64,000 nt of DNA from Eledone cirrhosa (taxonomy: Eukaryota), in NCBI GenBank assembly GCA_964016885.1, contig OZ024743.1, positions 63,860,001-63,924,000 on the forward strand, given 5' to 3'. The notes under the pieces were generated by a model. It did no database searches, was not told the DNA's origin, and was given only the letters and a program-made list of their open reading frames with translations. Shown one piece after another: positions 1 to 12,399 of this stretch. The stretch's first letter is position 1. Each line of letters begins with the position of its first letter. The position numbers were made by a program, and so were the translations under genes.

Positions 1-183
1 CTGATCTGGCTTGATTTCTACAGCTGGATGCCCTTCCTAACACCAACCTCATTTACAGTGAGTGCTGGGTGCTTTTTCGTGGCGCCTACACGTCCACTTT
101 ACAGTGTGGGCTGGGTGCTTTTTTGCCGTGGCACCTCCACGACCACCTTGCGGTGGGGGGGGGGGGCATATTGTTTATATGCT

Positions 184-2586
184 TCAGCATGTACCCATGG
201 GAGGTCGGGTACCCTGTATTACTGCGTGACGCCAGAAGTCACGGTCGTGTGTCATTGACTTTGAGAGGTGTAGTTGGGTAAGGTCGGCTTTTATCACCTC
301 ATCCCAAGTCATCTTGGGTCTCCCCACTCCGCGGTTTCCATCAACTTCTAGTGCTCTGCACCTTTTTATGCAGCTGTCATCCTTCATACGCATCACATGT
401 CCATACCAGCGTAACCGCCTCTCCTGCACGCAGCATTTGATTCCTCTTATGCTCAGTCTCTCTCTCAATTCATTTATGCTTTGTCGTTCACGTATATTAC
501 TGTTACACATCCATCGGAGCATGCAGGCTTCGTTTCTCTCTAATCTACGTAAGTCTTCCACCTTCAGCGCCCAGGTCTCACTACCATGCAACATCGCTGT
601 TCGGATACACGCATCATACAGTCTGCCTTTCATTCTGAGGGAGAAGCCTTTTGCAGCTAGCAGTGGTAGTAGTTCCCTAAACTTCTTCCATCCCGTTCTT
701 ACCCTAGTTATTGTACTTTCTGAGCACCCACCTCCGTTGCTAATTCGGTCACCTAGGTAGCAGAAGCTGTCTACTGTTTCTACAGGGCCCTCCCAGAGAT
801 TGGTGGTACTTGTTTCCTGTGGCTGTTTGCTTGCTGTTTCAGCACAGCTGCTGCATGTGAATCCTACATTCTTAATTAAGCTTCCTGAGATCCCGCTACA
901 TCTCTTGTGTACCCATTGTTTGCATTTGGGGCAAAGAATGGAGTTCCTACCTACACCTTTCCTACATACTGAGCAAGGCCATTTCCCTGAGGGGATCTGG
1001 GTTCTGTTTTCTCGTCTACTTATAAGGACCTTAGTCTTTGTCATGTTGACTTTGAGGCCCTTTCTCTCTAGTCCCTGCTTCCAGGTTTGGAATTTATTCT
1101 CTAGTTCTACCATAGATTCAGCTATGAGTGCGAGGTCATCAGCATACAGGAGTTCCCATGGGCATCCGGTCTTAAACTCCTCCGTTATTGCCTGCAGGAC
1201 TATGATGAACAGGAGAGGGCTAAGAACAGAGCCCTGGTGGACCCCAACCTGTACGCTAAATTCCTCGCTATACTCATTGCCAATCCTAACTTTGCTGACT
1301 GCTCCCCTATACATGGCTTGTACCGCTTTCACAAGCCATTCATCTACTCCTAGTTTTCTAAGAGCCCACCAGATTACTGCACGTGGAACTCTGTCAAAGG
1401 CTTTCTCAAGGTCGACAAATGCCAAGTAGAGTGGCTTACTTTTAGCTAGGTACTTTTCCTGTAATTGCCTCACAAGGAAGAGCGCATCAGTGGTGCCTTT
1501 CCCTGGAACAAACCCAAATTGCATCTCGTCTATATTCACCCGGTCCCTAATCAGCTGTGCTATAACTCTTTCTGTTACTTTCATGACCTGGTCCATCAAC
1601 TTTATACCTCTATAGTTTCCTCTATCTAGTGCATCGCCTTTACCTTTGTAGCAGTTGACAATGATGCTACTGCACCAATCTTTTGGTATGGCCCCCTCTA
1701 GTATTACCTGGTTAACGATACGTGTGGTTATAGTGTGACCTACAGACCCAGATGCCTTCAGCATCTCGGCAGCTATACCCGATGGACCGGTTGCCTTCCC
1801 TATCTTCATATCTCTGATTGCCTTACTTACTACGCTGCCGCTGACTTGTACTGCTGGTCCCTCTATAGGGTCTACGTGGGGTAGGGTCTCTTCTTCCCAT
1901 GCATTCTCCTCATTTAGTAATCTATCATAATGACTCTTCCATGCATCTTTCTTCTCAGCACTTGTGAGGGCAAGCTCACCTTTATCATTCCGGATACACT
2001 TCTCTCCAATGACATCACAACTATCTCTGACACACTGCCTCGCAATCTTGAATACCTCCTGTTTCTGGTCCTCACGTTGTAAAACATGCTTGAATTTTCT
2101 ATCCTCTGCTTCCCTCCTAGCTAAGTATACTTGTCGCCTAGCTTCCCTCTTGGTCTCTATGTAATGTACCCTGCTCCCCCCGTTCTTCCATTCTTTCCAT
2201 GCCTGTCTCTTGGCCTTGACTGCTTCATCTACCTTATTGTTCCACCACCAAGTCACTCTCCTCCTGCTTGAGGTCTTACTCCAGCCACAAACCTCATCCG
2301 TCGCCTCTAGTAAGTTATTTTTTAGGAACTCCCAGTTCTCTTCTACGTTAAATGTCTCTATCTGTTCTTCTTTACTGTCGTAGGCGTTGAGTAAAATATC
2401 TTTAAATCTGTTACTGGTTGAGGGGACTTTCAGCTTCCAGATCTTTCTTCTCCAGGTTGGCCTCTGTTTCAGGGCTCGTCTAGTTCTGACCGTGAGGTCG
2501 CTGACAACTAAGCTATGTTGGGATGTACATTCCTCACTAGGGAAGGCTTTTGTGTTTACGACCGTCCATCTGTCACATCTATACAC
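184..2586 (-). mobile_element. RTE-clade non-LTR retrotransposon ORF, 5'-truncated: end of APE endonuclease, complete RT, PHD-type finger; 3' UTR continues to position 1
   Basis: 800-aa ORF with SQH..VV (end of APE), NYRGIKL, QFGF, AFVDLEKAFDRV, QGSVLSPLLF, LYADD, F.YLG, RRLRWYGHV and GRPK.TW. The N-terminal Met comes from the flanking microsatellite. Confidence 0.95.
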
Positions 2587-2610
2587 ATATACATATACAT
2601 ATAGATATAT

Positions 2611-2980
2611 GGAGGCATATGGCTTTGCAATCGAAAGGTTGTGAGTTCAATTCCCAGACCGGGTGATGTGTTGTTTCCTTGAGCAAGACACTTTATTTCA
2701 CATTGCTCCAGTTTACTCAGCTGTAGAAATGAGATGATAGGGACTGGGGTCCTTATATCATTCCACTGCAAAGTGGTCGTGGAGATGCCACGGCAAAAAT
2801 CACCCAACACTCACTGTAAATGAGGTTGGTGTTAGGAAGGGCATCCAGCTGTAGAAATCAAGCCAGAATCAGTTCCAGTATGAGCAAGACAAGGGCAGCC
2901 TACTGGACACTGCCCACAACAGGACAATCCGTCTAACCCATGCTAGCATGGAAGACCGGATATAAAACGATGATAATAAT
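2611..2980 (+). mobile_element. tRNA-derived CORE-type SINE with RTE-derived 3' tail; A box partly deleted
   Basis: B box gagttcaattc; CORE-like tccttgagcaagacacttt...cagctgtagaaatg; 3' part nearly identical to the RTE 3' UTR at 7030-7300; (GAT)n-type tail. Confidence 0.85.
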
Positions 2981-3169
2981 ATATGTGTATATATACAATA
3001 TATATGTGTGTGTGTGTGTGTATTTATATCATCATCATTATTATTTAAATTCTATTTCCCATGTTAGCATGGGTTAGATGGCTTGTCAGTTTAAGGCACG
3101 TTGGGTCAGTTGACTGTTTCTTGCTCATACAAAACTGTTTCTCCTAATGCTAACCACATTTGTGCTGGG

Positions 3170-4915
3170 TGCTTTTTCTCGTGACACCTACAGGACCACT
3201 TTATAGTGGTCTTCTTGGGTCTTCCAACTCTGTAGTTTCCATCAACCTTGATCGCCCTGCACCTTTTTATACAGCTGTCATCCTTCATATGCATCACATG
3301 TCCATACCAATGCAATCTCCTCTTCTGCAAACTGCAGCTGATCCTGTTATGCCCAATTTCTCTCTCAGATCATTTACGTTTTTTTTGCCGTTTGTGTATT
3401 ACACATCCATTGGAGCATGCAGGTTTCATTTCTTTCCAATCTTTGCAGGTCCTCTGCACACATTACCAGGTCTCACTACCATGCAACATTGCTGTTCATA
3501 TACATGAGTAACGGAATACACTATGTTTTACCTGGCGAAGATTCAAAACCAAATCTGAGGGTTCTCGCCTCTAAAACCACCTATTGTTGGGAGTTCCCAC
3601 CATTATCCTGTCAAGAGACAACTATGATAAACATATATACCCCTTGACCTGTTACCCCAGGTTCTTGACAGATAAAACACACATGACTACTCATAAATCA
3701 ACCCATATACATATCCTTCCAGCTATAGGGTTATTATAAATACAAGTACTTAGAGAGTCCAGCAGAGAGACCGAAGCAGCAGTCCGTGAGAGGTTAACAA
3801 TGTAGCCCATTCACTTTCTACAGACCTTTTACTCTTTCTCTCTCCTGGCCTTACAGGCTCTCACATTTCAAACCATCTTGGCAGATTGATCAACTATGTA
3901 TGCTAAGGATAGACATACACACACCCACAGTAGGTTTACTTATATTTTTCCCTACTCTTTCGTTTTCCTGTTATTTCACTTCTATTGTATCGTTTTATTG
4001 ATACATGCATACATGCTAGCCCGAAGCAGCTAGTCAGAAAATAATGTAGTGATAATTGCTGTCACGATTTTGTTAGTCAATATTCAGTCTACCAACAAGT
4101 GAATTTCGTTATTGTAAAATAAACATTGTCAACATCACAATTTGGCATCATTCTTTTTATCATTCGTCCTGAAAAGTATACATCTATCCACTACATAATG
4201 GTGACCCCCATCACCACATAATGGTGAGCTCCATCATTACGCCTGCATTGTACAATTTGCCCTTCGTTTTAAGGGAAAAACCTTTTGTAGCTAGCATTGA
4301 CAGTAGCTCCCATTGTTACTCTGGCAACTGTACTTTCAGAACACCCTCCTCCACTCCTGGTTTAGTCACCTTGGTAATGGAAATAGTCAACTATTTCTAC
4401 AGAGTTGTTTGGGAATTTGAAGGAACTAGTATCCTGTGGACACCTGCTACTTACTGTACCTGTGTATCAGCTGCATATAAAACCTATGTTCTTTAATAGC
4501 CTGCATGTGACCCCACTACATCTTTTATGCACCCATAGCTTGCATTTGGGACATAGGAAGAAATTTATACCTACTCCTTTCCTGTGTGTTGAGCAAGGCC
4601 ATTTCCCTGAGGGAATCTAGGCCCTGTTTATCTTTCCACATACTAGGGCTTTAGTCTTAGATAAGTTCACTTTAAGAGCTTTTGATTCTAGTCCATGCTT
4701 CTAGGTTTGGAATATTTTCTCTAATTCTGCCATAGATTAAGCTATGAGAGTTAGATCATCTGCATATAGAATTTCCCATGGGCAGTCAGTCGTAAACTCT
4801 TCTGTTATAACCTGTAGGGCAATAATAAACAGGAAAGAGCAAAGGACGGCACCCTGATGGATACCTACCCACATGCTAAATTCTTCACTATAATCATTGT
4901 TAATTCTAACCTGTG
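3170..4915 (-). mobile_element. Degenerate RTE fragment interrupted by an LTR insertion
   Basis: Broken frames RRLHWYGHVMHMKDD, WEILYADD and GIHQGAVL, colinear with the 184-2586 copy. Confidence 0.85.
3505..4209 (+). mobile_element. LTR-retrotransposon LTR (Gypsy-like) followed by a primer-binding site
   Basis: Starts TG at ~3505; TATA-like tataaat near 3735; AATAAA near 4120; ends ctaca at 4195; then TGGTGACCCC, complementary to the tRNA-Trp 3' end. Confidence 0.65.
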
Positions 4916-5755
4916 CTGAAAAGTACCCATCCAACAGATGTGAGTGAGGAAAAATGAACTCTCCTATACTTTCTAAAGTCTCCAAGAGGGAAGCCATTTT
5001 TATTTACAAGGGAGGTTGAATGAGTTGGTGTGAATAACTCAAAGAAACTTGTACATGTTAGTGTTGTAACTAATTATACACACACACACACACACATACA
5101 CACATATATATGTATGTTTGTGTGTGTGTATATACATAAATTTACATACATATATCTAGTATATATTTATATATACACACAGGGTAAGGTATATGTATAA
5201 ATGTTTGCATAGGTATTTGTGTACACAGGCACACACACAACACTCACACACACAAGGGCACGTACACACACACAAAAAAAAACAGACATGCAAAGAGGTA
5301 AACACACATACACATACATATGCTCACACACAAACATACACACACAAAAACCCAGACAAGCAAAGATGTAAACACACACATACACATACTTTAGCCAACA
5401 AACATACACACACATACACACATACTCTAGCCAACAAACATACACACACATACACTAGCACACAAACATACACACATATTCTAGCACACAAACATACACA
5501 TGCATAAGCAAACACACATATGCAAACAAATACATACATACACACACATTACTACGCAACACTATTGATTGTATATGTGTTCCTCTCAAAAAAACCCAAA
5601 GAAACTACCAACAAATTAACAAAAACGATAATATGAACACAAACAATGAAAATCCTGATTGAAAAACAAGGAATTGGCCAAAATACCAAATATTAATCAA
5701 TACCTGTAGTACAGGTGTAGTAGCTGTGAATTTACACACATGATAGCTAGAGTTT

Positions 5756-5766
5756 TCAATACAGCA
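5756..5766 (-). CDS. Putative last coding exon (exon 4) of the mucin-like gene: (T)TG CTG TAT TGA
   Basis: Acceptor cactttacctccag; phase 1 continues exon 3 and gives LLY*, completing a hydrophobic C-terminus. Confidence 0.5.
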
Positions 5767-6149
5767 CTGGAGGTAAAGTGATTGCAATTTAATTAGGTGG
5801 ACATAATTAAAAATTATGGTTAAGACAGAACAGGCTCACTCGATGTTTGTACCTTGTATAATTCCATAGTGTGTAGGATATATATATCTGCCCCAGGTGA
5901 GCTAAACATAGTCCTCTCACCTGATTTTCTCCCTAAGGGTCAATCCGTCCTACCCATGCTAGTTTGGAAGATGGACGTTAAAAGACAATGATGATGATAT
6001 ATATGTGCATATACATAAATATACATATATCATACATATATATGATGTGTGTGTATATATATATGTATGATATATGTATATTTATGTATATGCACGCAAC
6101 TATATATGTATATCATCGTCATGATATGTATATATATATATATATATAT

Positions 6150-7305
6150 CAAAGACTAAGGTCCTTGTAAGTAGACGAGAAAATAGAACCCAGATCCCCT
6201 CAGAGAAATGGCCTTGCTCAGTATGTAGGAAAGGTGTAGGTAGGAACTCCATTCTCTGCCCTAAATGCAAACAATGGGTACACAAGAGATGTAGCGGGAT
6301 CTCAGGAAGCTTAACTAAGAATGTAGGCTTCACATGTAGCAGCTGTGCTGGGACAGCAAGCACCAAACAGCCACAGGAAACAAGTACCACCAAACTCTGG
6401 GAGGTCTCTCTAGAAACAGTAGACAGCTTCTGCTACCTAGGTGACCAAATTAGCAGCGGAGGTGGGTGTTCGGAAAGTACAATAACTATGGTAAGAATGG
6501 GATGGAAGAAGTTCAGGGAGCTACTGCCACTGCTAGCTGCAAAAGCCTTTTCCCCCAAAATGATAGGCAGACTGTATGATGCGTGTATACGAACAGCAAT
6601 GTTACATGGTAGTGAAACCTGGGCGCTGTCTATGGAAGACTTGCGTAGATTAGAAAGAAACGAAGCCTGCATGTTCCGATGGATGTGTAATAGTAATATA
6701 CGCGAACGGCAAAGCATAAATAAATTGAGAGTGAGACTGAGCATAAGAGGAATCAAATTCTGTGTGCAGGAGAGGAGGTTGCGTTGGTATGGACATGTGA
6801 TGCGTATGAAGGGTGACAGCTGCATAAAAATGTGCAGAGCAGTAGAAGTCGATGGAAACCACGGAGTGGGGAGACCCAAGAAGACCTGGGATGAGGTGAT
6901 AAAATCCGACCTTACCCAATTACACCTCTCAATTACACCTCTGGCGTCATGCAATAATATAGAAGACCTTACCCCCCCCCCCCATGGGTACAAGCCGAAG
7001 CTGAAGCATATAGACAATATGCCCCCACACCCTCCCACTGTAAACTGGTCGTGGAGGTGCCACGGCAAAAAAAGCACCCAGCACTCACTGTAAAGTGGAC
7101 GTGTAGGCGCCACGGAAAAAAAGCACCCAGCACTCACTGTAAATGAGGTTGGTGTTAGGAAGGGCATCCAGCTGTAGAAATCAAGCCAGAATCAGTTCCC
7201 GTATGAACAAGACAAGGTCAGCCAACCAGACACTGCCCACAACAGGACACGCCGTCTAACCCATGCTAGCGTGGAAGAACGGACGTAAAACGGTGATGAT
7301 GATAT
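6150..7305 (+). mobile_element. 5'-truncated RTE copy (PHD region, C-terminus, 3' UTR, GAT tail)
   Basis: High identity to the reverse complement of 1-1040; ORF 6488-7093. Confidence 0.92.
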
Positions 7306-7314
7306 ACATATATG

Positions 7315-7838
7315 TTGGTACAACAACATCCAGTCCAAACTAATGAGATCATGTAGGTGTCACGACAAAAAAAAACAAAACACACAGTCCATGCTGTAAT
7401 GTGGTCATGTAGGTAACATGGTAAAAGTTCCCATTCCACACTGTAAATGTGGTTTTAGTGTTAGGAAGGGCACCCAGTCATAGAAAACCTGCCAGATAGT
7501 ACTATATGAACGAGACATGGTCACCCGACCAATCTTGCCTCAAGTGGGACAACTCCCGTCTAACCCATGCTAGCGTGGAAGAAAGATGTTAAACGATGAT
7601 GATATATATATATATTATGTTGGTAATACAAAACATCCAGCCCACACTGTAAATTTGTTGTGTAAAAGACATGGCAAAAAGCACCCAGCACACACTGCAA
7701 ATGTGGTTGGCATCCAGCCGTAGAAAACCAGCCAGAAACAGTCCTATATGAGCAAGACCTGCCTCTAAATGGGACAAACCCGTCTAACCCATGCTGGCGT
7801 GGAAGATAGACGTTAAACGATGATGATGATGAGGATGA
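7315..7838 (+). mobile_element. Two tandem short RTE 3'-end retrocopies
   Basis: Each ends ...gtctaacccatgc(t/g)agcgtggaaga...gttaaacgatgatgat. Confidence 0.8.
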
Positions 7839-7852
7839 TATGCGTGTGTGTG

Positions 7853-8049
7853 TATCCCAGGTTCAATCGGGGGTAACCACAGTAAGTAAGGTATTCAATA
7901 CATAATAGAGTATATACAATATTTAATATAGAAATGGCTTCTAGAGGACTAGAACTGTTTCATTCAAAGGAAATCATCAAAAAATCCCTTTCCTGATGAT
8001 TCCCTTCGAATGAAACATTCCAGTAGAAACCATTTCTATATTAAATATT
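7853..8049. repeat. Fold-back palindrome of a hammerhead-containing pLTR-like family (other copies at 32675, 35440, 51038)
   Basis: 7918-7979 is the reverse complement of 7994-8049; plus arm reads tttc CTGATGA ttcccttcgaat GAAA cattcca GTA gaaa. Confidence 0.7.
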
Positions 8050-8616
8050 ATATAAATATATATATTTTTCAGTGGTCTACCCTTGGTAGTAGGGTCCGTA
8101 CCATAGATAGAACTCAATGTAATCTGATAGCGAGTAATCCAGTAAAATCCATAGAAAGGTTCTGTGTTCTGCTGAGTTAATTCCTTAGATACAGAGTCAG
8201 ATATAAGGTATTAATTTAACAATCAAAATAATAACAACAAAGTTGAGTAATTTTACCTATTCATATCATTGTTTTACGATTGTTTTGGAGGGTTGATCAT
8301 ATTGACATAGTGTCTGAGCTATAGCAGTTATATAACTGTATACTATCAGACATCATATATAGGTTTGATCAGAACCTGATTCTAGCTTTTTGATTCTTGG
8401 CCATGCTTCCATGTTTGGAATTTCTTCTATAGTTCAGCCATACATTCAGCTATGAGAGTTCGATCATCTGCATATAGAAGTTGCCATGGGTAGCCAGTCT
8501 TGAGAAAATCCCTTTCCTTCTTTGGGGATTGAACTCTGAATAGTCTGTGCCATTTAAAATTGACAATTATCTAATTATATAACCAGCAGTTGTACCACTC
8601 AACCACCAAGACAACG

Positions 8617-8758
8617 GAAACTAGAATTTAGCATCAATGATAAAGAAAGACTTGAAAATATAACAGGAGAAACTAGGATTTAGACATTAATATAAATAAA
8701 AGTCTTGAGAATATAACGAGAGAAACTAGGATTTAGAGTCAATAATCAAGAAAGACTT
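8617..8758 (+). repeat. ~52-54 bp minisatellite, resuming at 9281-9326 after an insertion
   Basis: Repeated gaaactaggatttagagtcaataatcaagaaagacttgagaatataac. Confidence 0.75.
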
Positions 8759-8773
8759 AACACGCTGACAATG

Positions 8774-8917
8774 AAGTTCTTGTCTTCACTAGCGGCTCAC
8801 CTTACTGAGGTGTCAGATGATGCCCATGAAGGTGACTGGTTATTTCAGCACCTTAGCCTCGCCATTACCCATGGTAATGCTGCGAGCATGTTGGCTTGCC
8901 TGAAAGTATGCAGTTAA
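8774..8917 (+). mobile_element. 3' fragment of a CRE-like (RLE endonuclease) non-LTR retrotransposon
   Basis: Translates as KFLSSLAAHLTEVSDDAHEGDWLFQHLSLAITHGNAASMLACL*, resembling the CRE-clade C-terminal QRLSxAIQRGNA motif. Confidence 0.6.
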
Positions 8918-9574
8918 CCCCTAAGGAGTGAGGTGTGGCCGATTATCACACTTGGTGGTGAATGTCCCCCTCCCTTTTTTTCCTTCTTTTTTCTTTCCTT
9001 TATCATTTTTATTCAGTGATTTTATATTATTGTTATTATACACGGTTTAGATATTATATTTGTACCAGTAATGCACTGGGATAATTGCTGGCCTTGTGCC
9101 AAAAGTAGAAACAATTATATTTGTAATGTCCTTCTGAACCAATTGCGAGCAATTTATAATGTTATCGAAGCATTTGTAATGTTATTTATGTATATATTTA
9201 AAACATATTTGTAACATTATTCTACTGTAAATTTATACAATTGTAGTAAAATACCTAATATATGACATAATGAAGATATGTTGAGAATATAACAACAGAA
9301 ACTAGGATTTAGAGTCAACAATCAAAATCAAATTTTTATTCCAAGAATTATTTAATCCAAGAAAATGCTTCCAGAGAAATTCATGTATTGTGTAAGTTTA
9401 AACATAGTAGTAGTAGTAGTGGTAGTAGTAGGAGTAGTTTTAGTAGTAGTAGTATTAGTAGCAGCAGTATAGTAGTAGTAGTAGCAGCAACAGTAGTAGT
9501 CGTAGTAACCATAGTAATCGTAGTAGTAGCAACAGCAGTATAGTAGTAGTAGTAGTAGTAGTAAGAGTATAGTA

Positions 9575-9830
9575 GAGTTTCCTCAGGGATGCCGTCACTC
9601 TTCACCCCCTTAGAGAAGGGCAAGAGTGACGTTGTATTTGAGGAAACTCTGGGTGTCGATGAAAGCCAACTAGCTATTATCTTAGGGAGGACTTTCGGTT
9701 CAGAGCCAATGGATAATTTCCAGAAATCCCTAACTTGACAGTGCTTCCAGGGAGTGTTGCCAATTCGAGATAAACTTTACAGGCATTGAAGTGCCATTAG
9801 CCGGGCTTTTCTGAGATGTGCGCGGGGGTT
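9575..9830 (+). mobile_element. Degenerate L1/Tx1 ORF2 C-terminal fragment with a short inverted duplication at its 5' end
   Basis: ETLGVDE...PMDNFQKSL..QCFQGVLPIRDKLYRH aligns to 62150-62295; 9575-9602 inverts 9622-9650. Confidence 0.7.
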
Positions 9831-9879
9831 TTCTTCACACAAGTGTATGTCTCAGTTGTTACGGTGTTCTACACACAAG

Positions 9880-10200
9880 TGTGTGACTCAGTGGTTAGGA
9901 TATTCTACCCACAATCATAAGGTCATGAGTTTATTTCCTGGCTTCATGTTGTGTCCTTGAGCAAGAGATTTTATGCCCAGTTGCTCCAGTCCATTCAACT
10001 AGAAGAAATGATTTGTACCTGTAAATTAAAGGGCAAGTCTTGTGATACACTGTCATGCTGAATCTCCTTGAGAATTACATTAAGGCTACTCATGTCTGAG
10101 GAATGCTTAGTCACTTGCTCGTTAGTTTCATGAACATGCAATTACATTGTCATAAAACTGGAACACTCATTGTTGGGATTGACAGAATCCAACACATCAG
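9880..10200 (+). mobile_element. Diverged CORE-type SINE
   Basis: A-box-like tgactcagtgg; gtgtccttgagcaagagatttt...ttgctccagt core. Confidence 0.6.
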
Positions 10201-10206
10201 TGGCCA

Positions 10207-10340
10207 TACTGTGTGGTCAGCAATTATGGAAGTCCAACACATAGTCAGACCATTGACACAATCACAACTCTAGCCTTACTGTGTGGTCAGCAATTATGGA
10301 AGTCCAACACATAGTCAGACCATTGACATTATCACAACTG
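10207..10340 (+). repeat. 70-bp tandem duplication
   Basis: tactgtgtggtcagcaattatggaagtcc... at 10207 and 10277. Confidence 0.85.
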
Positions 10341-10369
10341 TGGATATGTTGTGTTCAGCACCTTCATTC

Positions 10370-10655
10370 GTTAGGGTTGGGGTTCAGGTTAGAGTAAGGG
10401 TTAGGATTAGAGCTCAGGTTAGAGTAAGGGTTAGGGTTAGGGTTAGGGCTCAGGTTAGAGTTAGGAGTAAGGTTAGGGTTAAGGCTCAGGTTAGATTTAG
10501 GGGTAAGGTTAGGGTTAGGGCTCAGGTTAGAGTTAGGGGTAAGGTTAGGGTTAAGGCTCAGGTTAGAGTTAAGGGTAAGTTTAGGGTTAGGGCTCAGGTT
10601 ATGGTTAAGGTTAGAGCTCAGATTAGAGTTAGGGTTAGGCTTAGGGCTAGGGTTA
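10370..10655 (+). repeat. Interstitial telomere-like (TTAGGG)n tract with ~36-bp higher-order variants
   Basis: ttagggttagggctcaggttagagttaggggtaagg repeated. Confidence 0.85.
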
Positions 10656-10707
10656 ATACTATTATCTGCTCTGTACCTGAATATATTATATTATATGTCA
10701 GGCCTAT

Positions 10708-10889
10708 GGGCGGTGAATTGGCAGTATCGGTAGAGGGTTGGACATGCTTTCCAGCATAGTTACGTCCCTTTACGATCTGAGTTCAAATCCCGCCGAGATT
10801 AACTTTGCCTTTCATCCTTACGAGGTCGATAAAATAAAGTACCAGTAATGTACTGGGTAATTGCTGGCCTTGTGCCAAAAGTAGAAACA
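10708..10889 (+). mobile_element. tRNA-derived SINE family 2 with an 18-bp target-site duplication
   Basis: B box gagttcaaatccc; central gcctttcatccttacgaggtcgataaaataaagtaccag; TSD attatatgtcaggcctat at 10690 and 10890. Confidence 0.88.
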
Positions 10890-11292
10890 ATTATATGTCA
10901 GGCCTATCACTAACAATTCTAACTGATGAGATACAACACTGCTGGAGGCTGCTCTGAGGTTCTGATTGTTAATACTTACACATGATTGTTCTGGCCAGGA
11001 TAGATGTGTGGGTTAGAGAGAGGGGTGTGGGGGTGAGGTGGAAGAGAATGTGTGAGAGGGGGGTGGGAGAATGTGTAAGAGAGGGAGAGGGGTGGGGGTG
11101 AGCTGGGAGAGAATGTGTGAGAGAGAGAGGGGGTGGGGGTGAGGTGGGAGATAATATGTGAGAGAGAGAGAGAGGGGTGGGGGTGAAGTGGGAGAGAATG
11201 TGTGTGGGTTAGAGAGAAGGATGGGGGAAAGAATATGTGTGAGTTAGATTGAGAGAGACAAGGGGGGAATATGTGAGATAGATAAATTGAGT

Positions 11293-11356
<64 letters not shown>

Positions 11357-11438
11357 TTTTCACTTTTCTTTAAGCATTTGTTTAAGTGAACATATAGTTG
11401 TAAAAAAATATATATGTAAAATTATATGTAGATATGGT

Positions 11439-11469
<31 letters not shown>

Positions 11470-11543
11470 GTATATATATGTGTTTATATAATATATATAT
11501 ATGTATGTATATATATATATAGAAACACACACATATAAATATA

Positions 11544-11608
<65 letters not shown>

Positions 11609-11756
11609 TTATTTATTTAATTATTTAATTATTTATTTAAATATAGGATAAACTTAAACTTAGATGATGCATGGATAACAGGTAAAAATATGACAGAACC
11701 GTCTACAGGAATTAAACGATGTGTCTGCTGTTAGTTAAAAACTGGATTGACCTGTA

Positions 11757-11811
11757 CACTAAGACCATCTGACAGATTTTCAACATCATATTCATCATAC
11801 ATGTCTTAGTG
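11757..11811 (-). ncRNA. Degenerate type I hammerhead-like motif
   Basis: Minus strand: cactaagacatgt aTGATGA atatgatgtt GAAA atct GTC agatggtcttagtg; long stem I, C3 mutated. Confidence 0.45.
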
Positions 11812-12037
11812 GTTAAACCACAATTGTTTTCTTCCAGTCATGTCACATGCCTATTGCTGGTAAGAACATAATAATTTAATGGTCACTGTAAAATTTGTAA
11901 GGTTCAATACCATTCTGTATGTATAGGCATACAATTACATCATTTAAGGTTTAAGTTTATCATTTAAAGAAAATTTAAACCATTTTGAATATATTACAAT
12001 ATATTGAAATAGATGAATGTATGTGTATATATATATA

Positions 12038-12139
<102 letters not shown>

Positions 12140-12146
12140 TATACAT

Positions 12147-12181
<35 letters not shown>

Positions 12182-12203
12182 ATATATATATATTACATCT
12201 TAC

Positions 12204-12257
12204 AAACTGTCAGCAATACCAGGATCCATGTAAGGGAATTAAGCCCCCAATATTTAC
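12204..12257 (-). CDS. Putative exon 3 of the mucin-like gene: (C)KYWGLNSLTWILVLLTV
   Basis: Acceptor ttttattttatttttacag, donor gtaaga; 54 nt, phase 1-1, in frame with exon 2. Confidence 0.7.
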
Positions 12258-12399
12258 CTGTAAAAATAAAATAAAAAAATATTTGATATTGGCATGATAA
12301 TATAGTTACAAATGTATGACCATATTCTGGTCATATATAATTAAAATTATACTAGACCACCCATTGGATCATAGGTGGTCTAGTATAATTAACATTATA

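Noticed and set aside
5167-5545. Many ORFs rich in YI/CV/HT dipeptides here and throughout the window
   Set aside because: Translations of (TA)n, (CA)n and (TGTA)n microsatellites; no coding signal.
5705-5766. Alternative reading CCIENSSYHVCKF as a lectin-like exon
   Set aside because: Needs phase 0, whereas the upstream exon ends in phase 1; the phase-1 reading gives a coherent GPI-type terminus.
10283-10759. 158-aa VRVR-rich ORF
   Set aside because: Translation of the telomere-like repeat.
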